From contig DF237045.1 of NCBI GenBank assembly GCA_000708835.1, positions 124,001 through 188,000 of the forward strand: DNA of 64,000 nucleotides, written 5' to 3'. A program made the translations under genes and the position numbers. The notes under the pieces are model-generated. The model ran no database searches. It saw nothing but the letters and a program-made list of their open reading frames with translations, and was not told where the DNA came from. Within the stretch, counting starts at the first letter, position 1. Every line of letters starts with the position of its first letter. The stretch is from Klebsormidium nitens (taxonomy: Eukaryota > Plantae > Klebsormidiophyceae). Positions 11,320 through 22,600 of the stretch are shown here, piece after piece.

Positions 11320-13404
11320 TCACAGGCCCGGCACCAAACACCTCGGGCACGTGCCGTCCGTCGTTGCGTAACCAAACACTCTCTCCAAGCACTCGCTGTG
11401 GTAAAAATGCCCGCAAACTAGGATGGAGTGCATGGACACCTCATCGGGGTACGTATCGCTCTCCCCGTGGCTCGTCGCCCGGCAATACGGCGACCGCTCG
11501 AGCAACGACAGCCGGCAGGCGCCGCACGCGCCCACATCCTTAGCTGGCCACGTGTCCCCCTCCCATTCGTCGGGGTACACAAACGTAGCCCCCGCTTCTG
11601 ACGCGCGCTCCGAGAAGCTTCGGGCCAAACTCCGGAGGACTCTGCTGACCGGCGCCGTGATGATCTCTGGCTCGAGCACCGGCGAATAGCTGCGCTCCAC
11701 GTGGCTGCTCCTCAGCGGGCCGTTCTCCGCCCGCACTCTGCGCGCCGCCGCAACCACCCCACCATTCCGCACGTTCGACGCTCCGGCGGCCTTCTCCGAC
11801 GTTCTGATGATGCTGGGAGCCGACGGGCTCTTCCGGAGCTGCCCTTTCGGCAGCCCGCTCTCGTTCTTGACACCAGCGCTCTTCGGCCCCGCAGTCGCAC
11901 GTCGCCTGCCCTCCGGTGGTGTCAACGCCCTCCTTCCGCTTCCCACGGACGCTGCCAAACTGCCCGCCGTGCCGGCCCGCTTTTGGCCATCCCACAGGGC
12001 TTTCGTCCGGCTAGCCACCTCCGTACCAGGAACGGCTCGTTTTACCGGAGTCTTATTTGTCACCTTTTCACCAGCTGTAGGAATCGCTCTTCTTTCTGGA
12101 ATCTTGTCCGTCACATTATCCCCAGACGTAGCCAAAGCCTTGCTTAGACTTCGACCCGCAGGACTCACCGCCGCTCTTCCAAACCCTACGCCGACCCTTT
12201 CGGCCGTCCACGTCCGCCCAACGACCGGATTCCCGTTCGACTTCGGCAGGGCCTTTTCGGCCGACACTGCACGTTTCTCGGCAACACCAGACCCTCTCTG
12301 CAAACCGACTCTCCCATTTTGTTTCTGTTGCTCATCTCCTTTCCCTCCCACAGCGGGCGCCGTTTGCCTACCATTCGGCTTCACTTTGCCCCCCGAGACG
12401 GCCGCTCTGGCAAGGCTGCCCTCCTTCTCCGTGCAAGACGGCTTTTGCTGCTCACCGCACGGCGCATCCGGGATCGACGCATCCCCAACCGATGCATCCC
12501 AGGGCTTCGGTCCGACGCACCGCTTCCGACCACCGACCGTTGGCGCTGTCCCTTTCGCTCCTGGCGACGCTTGCGAAACGGGCCGCTTCAACACCGTTGA
12601 ACCTCTGGCATTTTGCTTAGTATGTAAATCTCCCTTAACCCCGCTTCCAAACCTTGCAGGTGACTGACACTTCGGGCTGGCACCTCGCGCGTCAACCCCT
12701 GTGCATTCTTTCCTCCGGTTCTCAGAGTTGGTCGTCCGGGCAGGGGGATCCCCCTGTGGTGCAATTGCCCCTGAGGCTTCCTCCTTCTTCTTGTTCACTG
12801 GACGGTTATTGTGCACTGCGGAAGCCCCCCCAGGAGCATCTACCCTCTTAGGAAGCGCTCCGGTTCGTTGCGACTGGCTGTAGAAACTTCGCCGCTGTCC
12901 AGTCAGAGCGCGCCCCGAGACCCCACCGCTCCACCCCATCGCTTTCTCTACGGCCGCTTCCTTCCTTTTCTCCTCTGGCCGTGACGTCTGCGGCCTCAAC
13001 TCATGCCCCTCGGCTTCCGCTACACTGACCGCTCTTTCCACATCACTCCCGTTCGTCCTTTCCGAAACTCCCTTCTCCTTGTCGCCGTCACCAACCGCCA
13101 ACTTGCTTTCGGGACCCTCCGCCAGAGTGCCGCTCTCCGCTTCATAGGCGATAGGAGCCTTGGACTCAGGTTCTACAGCCACCGTCCCGGTAGATTGTTC
13201 ACTGGCCGAAGGTTGAAGGGATCCCCCTGGGGATGTGATTGCAACGGGTGGGTCTTGAAGAAGGTCCGCCGCATGGGAAAGTGCCAAGGCCAAGGAGGGG
13301 TCTACTGGGCACTTGGCTGAGAAGTGGGCGTCTTTTGGACTGGCTTCGGCGGGGAATGCTCTGTAAAAGGAGGAAGAGCGAGAGACCAGATTAGGCCTTT
13401 CCAA
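11320..13404 (-). CDS. Long low-complexity protein with a C-terminal RING-H2 zinc finger (putative E3 ligase); true start not resolved
   Basis: Uninterrupted 694-codon ORF ending CGAC...CGHFYHSECL...CPRC, which is the C3H2C3 ligand spacing. The ORF opens on TTG, so the real 5' end probably lies in an upstream exon. Confidence 0.75.
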   Translation of the reverse strand: MERPNLVSRSSSFYRAFPAEASPKDAHFSAKCPVDPSLALALSHAADLLQDPPVAITSPGGSLQPSASEQSTGTVAVEPESKAPIAYEAESGTLAEGPESKLAVGDGDKEKGVSERTNGSDVERAVSVAEAEGHELRPQTSRPEEKRKEAAVEKAMGWSGGVSGRALTGQRRSFYSQSQRTGALPKRVDAPGGASAVHNNRPVNKKKEEASGAIAPQGDPPARTTNSENRRKECTGVDARGASPKCQSPARFGSGVKGDLHTKQNARGSTVLKRPVSQASPGAKGTAPTVGGRKRCVGPKPWDASVGDASIPDAPCGEQQKPSCTEKEGSLARAAVSGGKVKPNGRQTAPAVGGKGDEQQKQNGRVGLQRGSGVAEKRAVSAEKALPKSNGNPVVGRTWTAERVGVGFGRAAVSPAGRSLSKALATSGDNVTDKIPERRAIPTAGEKVTNKTPVKRAVPGTEVASRTKALWDGQKRAGTAGSLAASVGSGRRALTPPEGRRRATAGPKSAGVKNESGLPKGQLRKSPSAPSIIRTSEKAAGASNVRNGGVVAAARRVRAENGPLRSSHVERSYSPVLEPEIITAPVSRVLRSLARSFSERASEAGATFVYPDEWEGDTWPAKDVGACGACRLSLLERSPYCRATSHGESDTYPDEVSMHSILVCGHFYHSECLERVFGYATTDGTCPRCLVPGL

Positions 13405-15962
13405 AACAAGTAAAAGGCGTCTTCTCTACAAGAGAGATGGACTGGCTTCCGCAGTGACTGCTCTGCCAAAGGAGGAAGAGCAGAGCATCTGAAATGGCCG
13501 TTCCGGGAATGTCAAAGACGTCTTCTGAACAAAGCTCTGAAATTTCCAAGTTATTCTGGAAAAATGTAGCGGGCACAGGACTTTGAAGACTCGATTTCTT
13601 AGGTCCAAGCAAAGCACGAGTGCATTCAACATGGCCCTTCGACGATCGGCTCACGACAATCAGATGGAGTAGATGTCAGTACTTGTCAGAGCGGAAAAGA
13701 AAAAGGGTTACAAGACCATTGAAAAATCTACCAATGTAAAACCTGGCAAGGCTGCGACTCGGGCGCCATGTGCCGAAGGAAGGGGCTCAAGTGCAGCCCT
13801 TCAAGGTGGCAACTACTTGTGCGCCAAACCAGACTCTGGTCACCAAAACCAAAATAACTCGGAGAAAGAGAGTACAAACAGTTGGTGGCTACTGATGGAT
13901 TGTGGTTCAGTCTGCATATTGTCCCAACAGTGAAGAGAGATTTCAGGTGCCTGAAAATCTCGTCAAATTGTGCAGAGGAGGCCACTTCTGCATGCAGATA
14001 AGTCAGACACGCTGTGTCTCCTCACAATTCCTAAGCAGCAACGGGCTGACTTACATGCATTCGAGAGACTGAACTTCCGAATGAGTTGTTGTTCATCAAT
14101 GATAGTCAAGGTTTGGGTTTGACAGCACTTGGCACTCGGATTAACTTCCAAGTTCCAAGTCCGTCGAAAGGATACAAGAATCTGCCTGTCTGGCAGAAAT
14201 TCTTATCCGAGGTCCTTAACCAAGAAACGACATATAGAGTGTGGCGGCTCTAATTATCTAAATGAAATCTCATTAAAAGTGAGGGCGTAATCACAACTGC
14301 TTATGATCTGCACGTCGACCACTCGCAGCACTTGAACAAAACATTGTCGCCTAAAATCCTGGTGATTCCTGTCCTCTCAAAGAGTGAGTTTCTGCACCAA
14401 AATCCTCTTTTGAAAGCACCCCAGCAGTTAAATGGACAGGCATAATGACCAGGAGGAGGCTGGTAGTTGAACTGCGGACAAATGCCGCCACGACAACCGG
14501 GAAGCAAGTAACCAGATTCTATACCGGACGAATTTCAAAAGGAAAACCCCTAGCATGTAGCCACAAGGAAGTTGCCGTCAATTTGCGCATCCTGCATTCT
14601 TGAGCATCCGGCCACATTAGACCAGAACCCGCCTCTTACCAAGAAGTGCATCGCTGCCTAAACGAGCCCAGTGAATGAACTTACTCATGGGAGGCTTCAG
14701 GATCTTGCTTAGAGCTCGACCTGCCACAGACCAGGCCCATGGTTTGTTCTGAGGGTTTTGTTCCCACCTGCCCAGGGTTGAAGTCAGGAAACTAGGACCG
14801 TTTTGCGGTCCTGTACTACATTTTCTTTATATCTCAATTCCAAGAAACACTTTAACATACTTAACCAAACAAACTTCCAGTTGTGCGCAATGCTGAAATG
14901 TGGGCGGCCTGGCTAGAAGCTACAAGAGATGAACAAGCCTCGACCATCATCCGACCCCATTGCGCTGCCCGCGGTTTTGGACGCGGCGCGCCAGTGCATG
15001 GCGGATTCATTCTCCCGAGTGCGCGCGTGCTAGCGTTCATATGTCAGCATTTATGGAGCCTTATTGAGGTAGGTACGTACCAGGGTGACCCCTCCCCAGA
15101 CCCTGGGTACCGTAGTACGTACCAGTTGGTACGTGAAGCTACGTGCCAGCCTGTCATTGCATACCTGGCCAATCCTCTGATGTCACCGTTCCGGTCGCGC
15201 GACCAGTTTGCTCAAGCAAGAGCGGGTGTCGAACCACGGAAGCCCCGGGAAGCCTAGACATTCTCGGGTCTTCCGTATGTTGAACTGGCCCCTAAATCTA
15301 GTTTCAGTCTGTGACTGAACTGAATCACACTGGTTTCGTATCCAGCTCTAGAAGGTTCGGACCCTCTCCTGGGGCTTCCAGGTTCGACACCGCAGCTTCT
15401 ATAAAGCGGTGGCGTTACCTTTTCTTCGGGCCTTGTTTCGGAGTCTTCCCTCAGCTTTATGGTCTTGCTCCAGTATGAAAGTCTGCCTCACAGGGCCCCA
15501 GCCTGTCGCGTCACTTTTCTTATAAAGTGACTTGGAAACTGGCGTGGAGTGTCCCAACGGGCACACGCCCTCCCGCCACGTCGCGTCACTTTGCAGTCAT
15601 GATTGGCTGCAGGCGAAAAGGGAAGGTGCTCTGCAGCTCAGGTACGAACCCCACAAAAAGGACAGGGGGGCAGCGTCCTTCCTGCATTTCGATCAGAAGC
15701 AAGTCCACATTTGAGCAACCCCGCATTGGCGCTCTCACATTTCCAGCAAGAAAGAAGAAGAAGCGAAGGTTTCACAAGTCAATTTAGGTCCACAGAAAAG
15801 CAGTCTGAGGACAAAGAAAGTAGATCAAAGCGCTGAGCAATCAGGTTGCGAAGAAAAAGGGCGCAGAGCAATCTGATTGAACAGGAAGTTCTGGCTGACA
15901 ATCTGGTCAAAGGAGCGGTTTCAGCTGACAGACAAGCAGGGATTGCGCAGAAGGCGGCCAGC

Positions 15963-17723
15963 ATGATTGCGCCTATGCCAGCTGAGATGAGAGAGATGGG
16001 GGATTGTGAGATGGATTGCAGGACGGGGCCTCTGTGGCTGTCGGCCCTCCTTCAGGCGCGGTTCTTCACGACGTGCAAGTTGCATGCTAGCAGTGGGAAG
16101 AGCGACAAGAACATGTTCTGCATAGATTGCGCAGAGGAATGCTGCCCTAGCTGTGTCCCCGAGGAGCACGAGGGGCATCATGTGGTTCAGATCAGGAGGT
16201 CTTCTTATCACGAGGCGGTGCGTGTGTCGGACATCCAGAAGCTGATTGACTACACGCAAGTGCAGCTCTATGTCATCAATTCTGCAAGGTGAGAAGTCTT
16301 TTCTCGGTTTAAGGTTTGTTCTTCCTAAGTTTGACTGGTCAGATTACACAATGCCAGTGCAGAGTTTCATTGGGGGAAAGTTGGAGTTGTTTGCTGGTTT
16401 GTGCCTAAGCGCCTCTCATTGTGTTGGTGTTTCTGTGACACTTGGCCATTTGAAGATTTTGTTCAGCAGCAATCTTGACCAATCTTTCTTGACCAATCTT
16501 GACTGACATTCTTGGAGCGGGTATGCTGCTGTGTTTCCCAAAAAACCATCGTTGTCCTCATTTGGCATTCATCGTGTCTTCCTTGTTCTCTGAGCCCCTG
16601 TGCTTTTTCAAAGAGATTGTTCTGATCATATTCCATATCTAATTGGTACTAGCTATTCTGATGTTGGCCCCATTTCTTGTAAGACCCCATTATACGTTCC
16701 ATAGCATTGCTCCGGTTGCTGTTACTCTAGTGGATATTGGTTGTTTTCATGATGGTCTCAAACATTGGTTTTCAACAAGTCTTCCTTTTGACAGCCCTTC
16801 CTGTCTCTCTCTCAATGTGCGTCAGTCTGGTGCGTCAGTCTGATTCAGTCACGCTTCCGATGATTGTCATCTTACATGTTGCCTGACATTGTATCCCTTT
16901 TTCTTTCTCCAGGATCATCTTCCTCAATGGTCGCCCCCCACCGCGCCCCATGAAGGGCGCAGAGTTCCTGTGCGAGATTTGCGGTCGCATGCTGATTGAG
17001 GACTTCAGGTTCTGCTCCCTGGGGTGCAAGCTCTCTGCCATCCATGCAAACCCTCGGGAGATGGGGCTGAGCATGTCCCCTAGGCCAGGGGCGATGAAGG
17101 TTCTTGACGAGAACGAACTCAACCACGTGCAGAAGAAGTTCATCATAGTCAGAGGGCAGAAAGTGTCCCCTGGGAAGCAGCAACTGCTCAAGAAGAAGGC
17201 CTCGCCGAAGAAGTCCCCCAAACCAGCGTCTCCCAGAGCAGGAATCAAGGAGGGTGAAAGGGAAGGGGTCAGCAGGAGTGAACGGTTACAAGCGCTGCTC
17301 AGTAGATTGCAAGACAAGCAGGGGGCGAGGACGGTGCAATTGGGGCAGGGGGTTGGGTCTGAGTCGGAGCAAGGGCTGCGGGAAGAGCTGAGAAACTTCT
17401 TGCTGGAGCTGTCGACGGCAGACAGTCTCAGCAGGGACAGTTTGGAGGAGCGGGAACGGGCGCTGCCCCTGAAGAAGCGGCATAGAGGGGAGGACTCCTG
17501 GGGCACTCCCCCTAGACGGGGGGCCCGTGTAGACTCCTCAGAAGAGAGCACGAGCGTGGACTCAGGGCGGCCGTATCGGGCGGTGGTCAAGATCAACGGG
17601 GCTAGTCAACGCATCGCAATGCCGCCCATGGAGGAGGAGGAAATGGGCAGCGAGGGGTCGTGGGAGACTCCTCCGCGCTTGAACAAGAGGAAGGGTGTCC
17701 CACATAGGGCGCCCGTCTGGTAG
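15963..17723 (+). CDS. PLATZ: PLATZ family zinc-dependent DNA-binding protein, ~378 aa
   Basis: Exons 15963-16288 and 16913-17723 (phase 2 join). Motifs WLSALLQARFFTTC..H, NMFCIDC...CC..C...HEGHHVVQIRRSSYHEAVRV, YVINSAR|IIFLNGRP, CEICGR.L...FRFCSLGCK. First ATG at 15963; the ORF-track start 15846 is TTG just after a 5'UTR acceptor. Confidence 0.92.
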
Positions 17724-19659
17724 ATGCGTCAGGGCTTAAGGTGTAGATACTAGGGTTTATTGGGGCAACCTTTGTAACGCTGTAAAGGTTCAAGAGAGAG
17801 CACATTTCTGTTGGTGGCAGGGCCATCTGTTACAGCTAGGGTTGCAAGTGACATCCAATTGCTTGCTGCAATGTGGTTGGCTGGCGATGAGTCACTAAGT
17901 CTTGGGTGGCCGCGAATTTGTACCATAGGGATAAGCAAAGGTAAAAACAGCCAACTATTTAAGAAGTGGAGTATTCTGTGAAAGCAACTCAGCTGAAAAC
18001 GATTCGAGACACGCAAATGCACAGCTAGCTTCCTTGTATAGGACAACTGCTTGATAGTCAATATCATAGAAGCCTAATTGCTCACTCCATATTGTGAAAA
18101 CTGTACGTGCCTGTTAGCACCAGATGTTTAGATTGTATTGTACATACTCGATTGTCAAAAGCTTGAAGATTCAATGCGAGCTCTGCGTGACTCAATTTAG
18201 AATTCACCAATATTCACTTGGTTGCATTCTGCTTAATATTCGGCTCTCTTGGATGTGACATGTTCACTACCGCGCATATTTCAGCGCAGTATTCAGCATT
18301 GAATGCCCGCTGCCTTTGCGCTCCTCATCAAATATGCTCAATGCGCTTTTGATTATGCTTGCAGCTTGATGCAAATATCGGACCAGGCTCATGCATGATG
18401 CATCTAGTCTTAGACACATGATGGGTCATATATTTGTCATGACATGAGGCCATGCCATCGAAGGAGTACGTGTATAGATATATGAAGTGCATTTGCACGA
18501 TGAAAATTCGAACTTTACAGATTTGAGTGACGTCTTATGTCTATGCAATTGCATGATCAAATTAGTAAACTCGTGTCCAATCCACCCGGGCCATGTGTGA
18601 AACGACTATAAGTCTAGCTAGGTGCAATGAATGATCAGTTCTGAGCGCTGGGGGCTGAAGAAAGTTTAGAAATGATGCGTTGATTCTCATTTTGCAAAAC
18701 GGCGGCAGCGGCGGTAGCGCCATGACATATTAAGCATGGGCGATATTAGCTTCCATGGCATACATTGAATGTAGATTAATCGATCTGACATGCCAGTCGG
18801 ATCGATGCTTTGCTCATGCTATAATCAGCTTCATGCGTGATCGTCACGCCATGGATCCGACACTGTCAGTGAAGTGAATGATATTTCAAAACTGCATGTA
18901 CATCCGGATACATCATGTTGGGACGATACGATCAGCCATAATGATGGCCGACACTTTGCAATGACAGGAAACCTCAATATCAGGCACACATGCATATGCA
19001 TGTGGTAAGTAGTGAGTGACAGGGCCGCTGCCAGCTTGTCAACGGAGGTTTTACTGAAGCTTAATTGTGCATACCCATCATCGTTGCCGGGCTCAATGTG
19101 AACCGAAGTATTGGGTATGATGGAAACTCCACTTTCACGCAATCTTGGTTGCTTTGACTTGGCAAAGTGGCACAGACGCATGCCACGGTGCCAATACTAT
19201 GATAGCTCAGCGCTTAATTCAAGCTTGTGATACCTCAGATCCCAGTCTTTTACAACGCCGCCTGACCAAGCTTTTCAGGAAAAACCGGACGCATTCACCA
19301 GAGATGTCTCACTTTAGCACGTCCGACTCCAATGCATTTCAATCACTAGAAGCGGTTGCACGCAATTGCCCCTGCACTTTTACTAGGTATCGTTTTCGAA
19401 ACTGCTATACCGCAGATCCTGAGACAACTGATCCCCCAACGACTGTAACCCCAAATGACCCTAGCTCGCAATCTTTGCTGGCCGACTTGATCATTGACTA
19501 CGGTTATCATCGGAGTTCTTACGGGTGGCTGCATATCGTACTCCCGGAGCACGAGTTTTTAACCCATTCCTACCAAAGGCACCCGCGTATAGCATTCGTG
19601 ACTATCAATGCGCTAACCCCAGCGCTAACCCCCAATCGCCCCTGTTCCTTCCGGACCCC

Positions 19660-22600
19660 TTATGACAGCTGTATGGTCCAGCCCAGCGTGTCTGGACTGC
19701 GCCCCGTTTGCAGATCCGTCAGCGTTTTGTACAAATCCTGGGCGACCGGGCCTGGCTGGCCCGTGTGGTATTCCCTCCTGCACAGCAAGTTGAGAGTCGC
19801 CATCAATGCGAGTTCCGTGACACCTGTCCCCAAACTTTGGCGCTGCTTATTGATACAAAACGCTTGGAACAAGCCCTAGGCGGCCGGTTCTTGATCTTTG
19901 ACCGGTTGATGTTTACTGGCCCGCTCCGTTCGCCGGTTGTGCCAAACTCTTCGGACAGATGTGGCCAGATTCGCCGTGCATTCCAGTTGCCGAACACGAT
20001 TACGTCCAGCCTTACCTTAAAGCAACAAAGCAACAGAGAAAACACACTCGAGAAATCGAAACAAGCAGCTTCTACTCACTCGACAATCAGCGACCCCAGC
20101 AGCCTTTGGGTTCCAGATCAGAAAGTCAACAATCTCCATATCCATATCAAGTTAACCTTCTGGTGCTCTTCCGTTGGTTTCACAAACCAGCGACACAGCT
20201 GACATCATCAAATACCTAGCTCGTGACGCTGCCTGCTTACCAGACACTGTGCAGGCAGTTGGCAACGTCCATTGCATCGAGCTTTGATTCTCGAACTTGC
20301 TTAGTCAGCAGATACTCGACCCTCTTGTTTATCTCAAGCCAGCTTATGTTCATAAGCTGATCCCGAGCTGTCATGCCGGTGCAAAGAAGAAGAGAACTAG
20401 TTTGAGCTTACTAAACTTTCACCTGGCTGTACATGGGGCAACGAGCACACCAATTCCGTGCATGATAAACACTTCGCAGCCGTATGCAGAAGGTTCAGAC
20501 CCTCACTTTTTCCCTTGGTACGTCACGCTCCCGACCGCCGAGATGACGACGGCCGTCCCCGTGCAAAACACCTCGTCGCCCGCCAACAGGTCCTCGATGC
20601 TGACGCGCTCCTCGCTGACGTCGAACCCTTTGCTGCGCGCCAGCTCCATCACGCTCTTCCGAGTGATGCCCGGGAGGATCGTGCCTTTCAGCTCGGGGGT
20701 CACGATGGTCTTACCCTGGGGTCGATTTGAAAACTGGGTTAGGGACCGGTGGTCACACCCGACAAGTCCTCTTCTTGGGAAAACAAGTGCGTAAATCAGA
20801 GAAAATTCTCAGAAGTACTGCCGGAAAGAAACCGTGCCTTTCAGCTCGGGGGTCACGATGGTCTTACCCTGGAATGGGGCTAAGGAGTCGGTTAAGGACC
20901 GCGCTTGGAGTGACAAAGACCATGTCCTTCTAATCAAATCCGTCGTTATGTAACGAGGAATTTAGGGGTGATACGGGTGCAACTGTGACCTCGGGGGTCA
21001 CAATGTTTTATTTGAATCGAGTTTGAGGCGGGACTAGGGACCGGGGTTAGCGGTGACGCCTGGAAGAAACATTTCCTTTCTGACAGCCCAGGTCCCAGGA
21101 GTTGATTCGAAGCGGGTACAGACTGGCCGTGGTGCAGTATGCTGTCAAAACCTGCAGATCCCGCATGTGATACATTGCAGACTGGCAGAGCGACAGCTGG
21201 TCCCTGCAATGCATCCGAAGTAGAACTGTGCGCACTTTCAATGATGGCAACGTTGAGTGGGTCACTGCCCAGGAGACGGGTAGAGTTGCTTTGGCACTTC
21301 GGTGGCGGAGTATGTTAACCTTAGGGTTACCGTCTCGTTTTGTTTGAGGCCTGGGGCATCGACGGAACTCAACATAAGCACTGATCGGCGCAGAATCGAG
21401 AACTAGGAGCGGAGCGCACCTTGACGACGAAGATGTTGCAGGACGACACCTCCTCCACGTACTTGTTCTCCACGGCGTCCAGGTAGATGACGTCAGCAAA
21501 GCCCTGCTTCTTGGCGTTGAGCTGCGTCATGAGCACCTGTGGGTGGAACATTTAGCTGATGTCAGCGCCAGACTGACCCTGTGCTTCGTTGCGAAGCTTG
21601 GGTGTACATTGTATGAGGTGGACACCAATCCTTTGAAAGTGGCGGTATTCAGCACAGGTATGGACACAAAATCCCCAAAGAATTGGCGTATGAGAGAGGC
21701 AGGCGACAAGAACGCTGTGGACCGTTTAAAGACCATCCAGCGCTCCAAGGAAAATCGTTAGTCTGTATCAAGATTTCAACAAAGCGAGCCTACCACTCGG
21801 AACCACTAGCAATTAGTAGCCCCTGACCTTCTTACACCTGACGTAACCGCCTGCATGCCCGGAACAATTTTCAATAACCCAGATACGGAAAGGGCCTAGA
21901 TCAATATAGTCGATGCATATGGACAACATTTGACCAGGTGGGTCGGAAGTCAGCTAGGCCTCTTACGGCCTTTTCACAAGGGAGAAACCGGAGTTTGACC
22001 GGAGTTCAACCGGGGTTCGACCGGAGTTTCAAGGTGCCAGGTAGGCAGACTTTTACCCAATCAGTGTCAGGTACTTGTCCAGGTCACTCCCACATGGTGA
22101 ATGAAAGTTGCAATCAAACTCCGGTGCTGTGAAACCGGCTGGGCCGAGTTTTTCCAGCCCGGCGGAAAAATGTACTCAATCTGTACAGGTTCTGTACAGT
22201 AGCTTGTACCTGACCTCCAATTTCCGCCACGGTGGCAGGCACCACAATCCGCGAGCCAATCAGCGTGCGAGTTTGACCTCCGGAAAACTCCGGTCGAACT
22301 CAGAGGCCTCCGGAGGCCTCTGAGTTTTTTGCCCCTAGCCGGAGTTTGACCGGAGTTCGACCGGAGTTTGGAAATCCGACGTGGCACAAACTCCGGTCGC
22401 AAAAATGTTAATGAACGACCTGAGTTTGAACTCCGGTCAAACTCCGGTCTCTTGTGAAAAGGCCGTTACTCGAAACCTCTACATGCTACTGTTCTTCTCC
22501 ATCTGGAAGTTTGGACCGTTCACTCCACTTCCACATTAATTCTCTTGTGGCAACAACACCAAAGGCTTCTTGGACGTGACCTTTCAACGGACAGTCGAGT

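Noticed and set aside
11807-12667. 286-aa plus-strand ORF and several other ORFs overlapping the RING gene
   Set aside because: Antisense or off-frame shadows of a GC-rich coding region; no recognisable motifs.
16835-17596. 253-aa minus-strand ORF
   Set aside because: Antisense to PLATZ exon 2.
18100-19100. AT- and CATG-rich stretches between convergent genes (also ~10640-11100, ~31600-32400) as possible transposon remnants
   Set aside because: No TIRs, TSDs, LTRs or alignable similarity between the stretches found by eye.
19145-19879. 244-aa plus-strand ORF
   Set aside because: Overlaps the BCAT last exon and 3' region antisense; no motif or codon pattern suggesting a gene.
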